DNA of 41,181 bases, taken from the IMG/VR virus record IMGVR_UViG_3300031825_000032, positions 1 through 41,181 of that record; one strand, 5' to 3'. Source of the DNA: a virus. This document shows, in pieces, positions 38,758 through 41,181 of the stretch (position 1 is the stretch's first letter; every line of letters starts with the position of its first letter). A program made the position numbers and the translations under genes. The notes under the pieces were generated by a model that saw only the letters and a list, made by a program, of their open reading frames with translations, was not told where the DNA came from and searched no databases.

Positions 38758-39490
38758 GGCGAACTCTCCCGTGATTTGGATGAAACCCAAGCCGCCGCTC
38801 TGCCGATGTCCTCGCCGCTGCGGCCTCTTCCTTCGACGCAAAAGTTCCTAGGTGATGGTGCCGCCTGTTGTATAAAATTCTGGCTATCCATTTCCCAGAA
38901 CGTGCACGACTCACGCCTACAATTCCTGACGTGTTATTGACCGGCATGGCGCAATTTCTTGCGTTCTCGGAAGCCTCTACGTCGCGTAAGTTATCAATGC
39001 GGTTATCGGTTGGGTCGCCGTTTATGTGGTCGATAAAATTATCTGGCCATCTGCCGTAGTGCAGGCACCACGCCACGCGTCCGGCGGCATACGTGAGGCC
39101 AAACATCTTCTCTATTAGATATCTGTGGGCGTTTTTGCGCGTGAACGCTGGGCGTCCAGCAACAGATTTATTAAATTTCATGTACTGGATGTCGTCGCCC
39201 CGCTCTCGCGGCCTCCACGTAAACGTCCCGGTGCCCGGCTCGTATCTCAGCAGTCGGGCGAGCGCTGCCGGACTGAGCCGTGCCTTCCTTTCGCCCGCTC
39301 CCGCCAGATAGTCTCCGCCCTCTGCATTGGCAGCGTAATCTGTCAGCCGGTTTGGATCGGCGGGGTCGTAATACGGATCGGCGTCATGATTGAACTCGAC
39401 AAGGACGGGAACTTTTTCATTCCTGTCTGCCGTCTCAATCGGCATCCAATACTCACTCAGCGCACGCGCGATGTCGGCGGGGTTAGTCAT
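38747..39490 (-). CDS. HNH endonuclease with an AP2 DNA-binding domain and a DUF551-like N-terminus (homing-endonuclease-like)
   Basis: IDHINGDPTDNRIDNLR (HNH). GIVGVSRARSGKWIARILYNRRHHHLGTFASKEEAAAA (AP2). WMPIETADRN at the N-terminus. Confidence 0.8.
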   Translation of the reverse strand: MTNPADIARALSEYWMPIETADRNEKVPVLVEFNHDADPYYDPADPNRLTDYAANAEGGDYLAGAGERKARLSPAALARLLRYEPGTGTFTWRPRERGDDIQYMKFNKSVAGRPAFTRKNAHRYLIEKMFGLTYAAGRVAWCLHYGRWPDNFIDHINGDPTDNRIDNLRDVEASENARNCAMPVNNTSGIVGVSRARSGKWIARILYNRRHHHLGTFASKEEAAAARTSAERRLGFHPNHGRVRHAK

Positions 39491-39728
39491 TGCGGTTATC
39501 CGTGAGCGGGAATTCAAATTCCGGGAAGTCCGCAGAGGACGGCGCCACTTTCCATCCTTCGACATAAAGGCCATCAGGGTAAGGCGGCAGCGGCATTTCC
39601 GGGCACACAATGGTGTAGCGGAAATACGTTGCGCCCGAGTCGCGAAGGGTGGCTGTCATTGCAAGAAAATGGCGCCTTATCGCATTGTTTGTGCACGGTA
39701 GAGCGCGATTGGAATAGTAGTCTGCCAT
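39483..39728 (-). CDS. Hypothetical protein, 81 aa
   Basis: ATG 39728 in a TGATG overlap. Confidence 0.5.
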   Translation of the reverse strand: MADYYSNRALPCTNNAIRRHFLAMTATLRDSGATYFRYTIVCPEMPLPPYPDGLYVEGWKVAPSSADFPEFEFPLTDNRND

Positions 39729-39832
39729 CACCCTATCCTCTCAATCCAATATCCAATCCAGATAACCGCACACACGCCCACGACAGCGCACCAACGGCGG
39801 TCGAAGCGGAGGGAGGGGAAGGCGGGTTTCAT
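39728..39832 (-). CDS. Single-TM micro-peptide, 34 aa (MKPAFPSLRFDRRWCAVVGVCAVIWIGYWIERIG)
   Basis: Exactly bridges two genes, with an ATGA overlap at its start and a TGATG overlap at its end. Confidence 0.4.
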   Translation of the reverse strand: MKPAFPSLRFDRRWCAVVGVCAVIWIGYWIERIG

Positions 39833-40092
39833 CTTTCGTATCCCATGACGCAGGCTTTCGCTTCGTCTTTGGTCATCTTCTCGCCTGACCAGTCGTTTGT
39901 GATCGGCCCATCGATTGCGTCAATTAGATCGCAGATGGCTTGCTTCTGGGCGTCACTGTCACGCTGTTGCGCCGCGCCCCACGAAACAGGACCTTCGTGG
40001 TAGCGCTCCACAGCGGCAAGCGCAGACGCATTCTTGCCGACGTCCCAACCCTTAAGCGTTCCCCATTTCAAAAGCAGATGTTCACCCACCAA
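39829..40092 (-). CDS. Conserved hypothetical protein, 87 aa
   Basis: KWGTLKGWDV...DAQKQAICDLIDAIDG...NDWSGEKMTKDEAKA pattern. Confidence 0.6.
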   Translation of the reverse strand: MVGEHLLLKWGTLKGWDVGKNASALAAVERYHEGPVSWGAAQQRDSDAQKQAICDLIDAIDGPITNDWSGEKMTKDEAKACVMGYER

Positions 40093-40333
40093 TCATCTCC
40101 TTCACGGCTTCCCCCATGCCGGGGCCGAATGTTGCGTCTATCTGTGCAAGAACCTGCGCCTGGATCGCGCGCATGGCGTCCTGCGATTCCTCGAACTGCG
40201 TCCACAGCTTCTCGCGTTTGGCGCAATCGTCCTGCACGTTGTGGAGCGCTTCACGGGTTGCCGCGAACGACTGCTCCGTCTTCCACTGCGCGAATAGCTG
40301 CTCGATGCTCGGGCGGATTGGGTCGTGGATCAT
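40082..40333 (-). CDS. Hypothetical protein, 83 aa
   Basis: ATG 40333 in an ATGA overlap. Confidence 0.55.
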   Translation of the reverse strand: MIHDPIRPSIEQLFAQWKTEQSFAATREALHNVQDDCAKREKLWTQFEESQDAMRAIQAQVLAQIDATFGPGMGEAVKEMIGG

Positions 40334-40437
40334 GACACAAGCCAATGCAGCAGGCACAGATACACAGTCAGGCCGAGATATATGAATGCCGCTATGACGC
40401 AGTAGTAGGATTTCTCGGTGGGGGTGTAGTCGGTCAC
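40330..40437 (-). CDS. Single-TM micro-peptide, 35 aa ((M)TDYTPTEKSYYCVIAAFIYLGLTVYLCLLHWLVS)
   Basis: GTG start in a GTGA overlap; stop in an ATGA overlap. Confidence 0.4.
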   Translation of the reverse strand: MTDYTPTEKSYYCVIAAFIYLGLTVYLCLLHWLVS

Positions 40438-40841
40438 TTCACCTCTCCTTCGTAGCGTGAGAGGAAGGCGCGGAGGCGTTCGAATTTTTCAAACTCCTCA
40501 TTTGTGCATGGCACCTCGCCGCCGTAGTTGGCGTTGATGAAATAGTCGATCTGATCGATTGCGAAGGCCAGCAAATCCACTGCCTCATCCCTCTCACGCT
40601 GTACGGATGCACATGCGTCGGAGGCGCGGTCGCGGGAGGCGGTGAGGTCGGCAACGCTCGCGAAGCTGGCGGCATATGCGTTCAATTCGTCTTGGCTTAC
40701 ATGCTTCGACGGAAGCGACATCCGCGCTATCGAATCTGCAGTCCATCCGCCACGAGGGCCGATGCGCCGCCGAGCGACCGCGATAGCCTCGCCCTCATCA
40801 CCACGATAGACGTAAAGGTCGCCAGCCTTAATCTCGCTCAT
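40434..40841 (-). CDS. Hypothetical protein, 135 aa
   Basis: ATG 40841 shares its A with the upstream TGA; ends EGEVK*. Confidence 0.6.
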   Translation of the reverse strand: MSEIKAGDLYVYRGDEGEAIAVARRRIGPRGGWTADSIARMSLPSKHVSQDELNAYAASFASVADLTASRDRASDACASVQRERDEAVDLLAFAIDQIDYFINANYGGEVPCTNEEFEKFERLRAFLSRYEGEVK

Positions 40842-41023
40842 CACTTCACCTCACGTGCTTGTGAGAGGATGCGGGGCGGATCGCAGAACTCCGCATGCGC
40901 TTGGAGAATGTCTGCGGCTTCACGTAATACGCGAGCGGCAGTGTAGAACGCGCCGTCATCGGCATAGGTTTGAGCAAGCTCAATCTTGTCGCCGACGCGA
41001 TCATGTATGCCCAGCGGCTTCAT
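40841..41023 (-). CDS. Hypothetical protein, 60 aa
   Basis: ATG 41023 shares its A with the upstream TGA. MKPLGIHDRVGDKIELAQTY...; ends AREVK*. Confidence 0.55.
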   Translation of the reverse strand: MKPLGIHDRVGDKIELAQTYADDGAFYTAARVLREAADILQAHAEFCDPPRILSQAREVK

Positions 41024-41181
41024 CACTTCACCTCTTGGGAAAGGATGGCGTCGATCTTCGTCCACGTACTGGATTCGATCGCGCCGTTTATGTTCATCGG
41101 ATTCGCCAGACGTATCTCCCGCAACGCCTCCAGCGCTTTGCCAAGCAGGTCAGCCTCGGCAGCTTCGATAGCGCGCTCACC
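41023..41181 (-). CDS. 3' end of the junction-spanning gene listed at 1-361 (duplicate view caused by the 127-bp overlap)
   Basis: The frame from ATG 361 continues through 41181 to 41055 (identical to 127 to 1) and on to TGA 41023-41025. Ends SQEVK*. Confidence 0.6.
   Translation of the reverse strand, partial: GERAIEAAEADLLGKALEALREIRLANPMNINGAIESSTWTKIDAILSQEVK
41055..41181. repeat. Right copy of the 127-bp terminal overlap
   Basis: Base-for-base identical to 1-127. Confidence 0.97.

Larger units (their letters stand above)
1..41054. mobile_element. One full unit of a circularly closed temperate phage genome (lambda-like regulation, P22-like podovirus morphogenesis, int/xis/attP)
   Basis: 1-127 is identical to 41055-41181. 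A minus-strand ORF reads seamlessly across the junction. All phage modules are present. Confidence 0.85.

Overview
The window is one complete, circularly closed temperate phage genome. The unit length is 41,054 bp, and bases 1-127 are identical to 41055-41181. The DNA is high-GC; an alphaproteobacterial host is my guess from protein-family flavour only.

The layout is lambda-like for regulation and P22/podovirus-like for the virion:
- A CI-like repressor (2330-2797, minus) and a Cro-like gene (2846-3040, plus) flank three copies of a 15-bp palindrome, TTACGA-N3-TCGTAA. Two more copies sit on a leftward promoter at about 1670-1710. This gives an OR/OL pair with a lipoprotein moron between them.
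- The rightward early operon (2846-10240) carries a recombination and nuclease module (Gp157-like, Rad52-like annealase, DUF968-like, NinB, DUF1064, HNH). It also carries a replication-initiator-like gene with internal 10-bp-phased iterons and a possible late regulator.
- After a terminator, the late operon (10398-29896) encodes an unusual tandem-repeat protein, TerS, and a TerL split into ATPase and nuclease ORFs. These are followed by portal, scaffold, P22-type coat, tail/adaptor proteins, three internal/ejection-like proteins, a tail fibre and a depolymerase-like protein with a (PT)9 linker. The operon ends with holin, SAR-type GH24 endolysin and i-spanin.
- The leftward early operon runs from about 1690 across the circle junction down to xis-int, a DUF551-like gene and an attP-like tRNA 3' fragment (34004-34032). 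It has about 30 tightly coupled small ORFans, several single-TM micro-peptides and an HNH-AP2 homing-endonuclease-like gene.

Two loci look most worth following up as undescribed accessory systems:
- A self-contained small-ORF + HTH operon (29868-30292) is inserted antisense between the i-spanin and the lipoprotein o-spanin candidate. Its promoter spacer is exactly filled by a palindrome, giving acr-aca-like or antirepressor-like architecture.
- An RHH gene (33704-33895) faces a seven-gene accessory operon (33625-30743) across fully overlapping divergent promoters studded with CGATAACG boxes. This resembles P22 immI. The operon includes a PD-(D/E)XK nuclease-like protein and a strongly AT-rich foreign ORFan.

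All family assignments are from motif recognition by eye. No searches were run.
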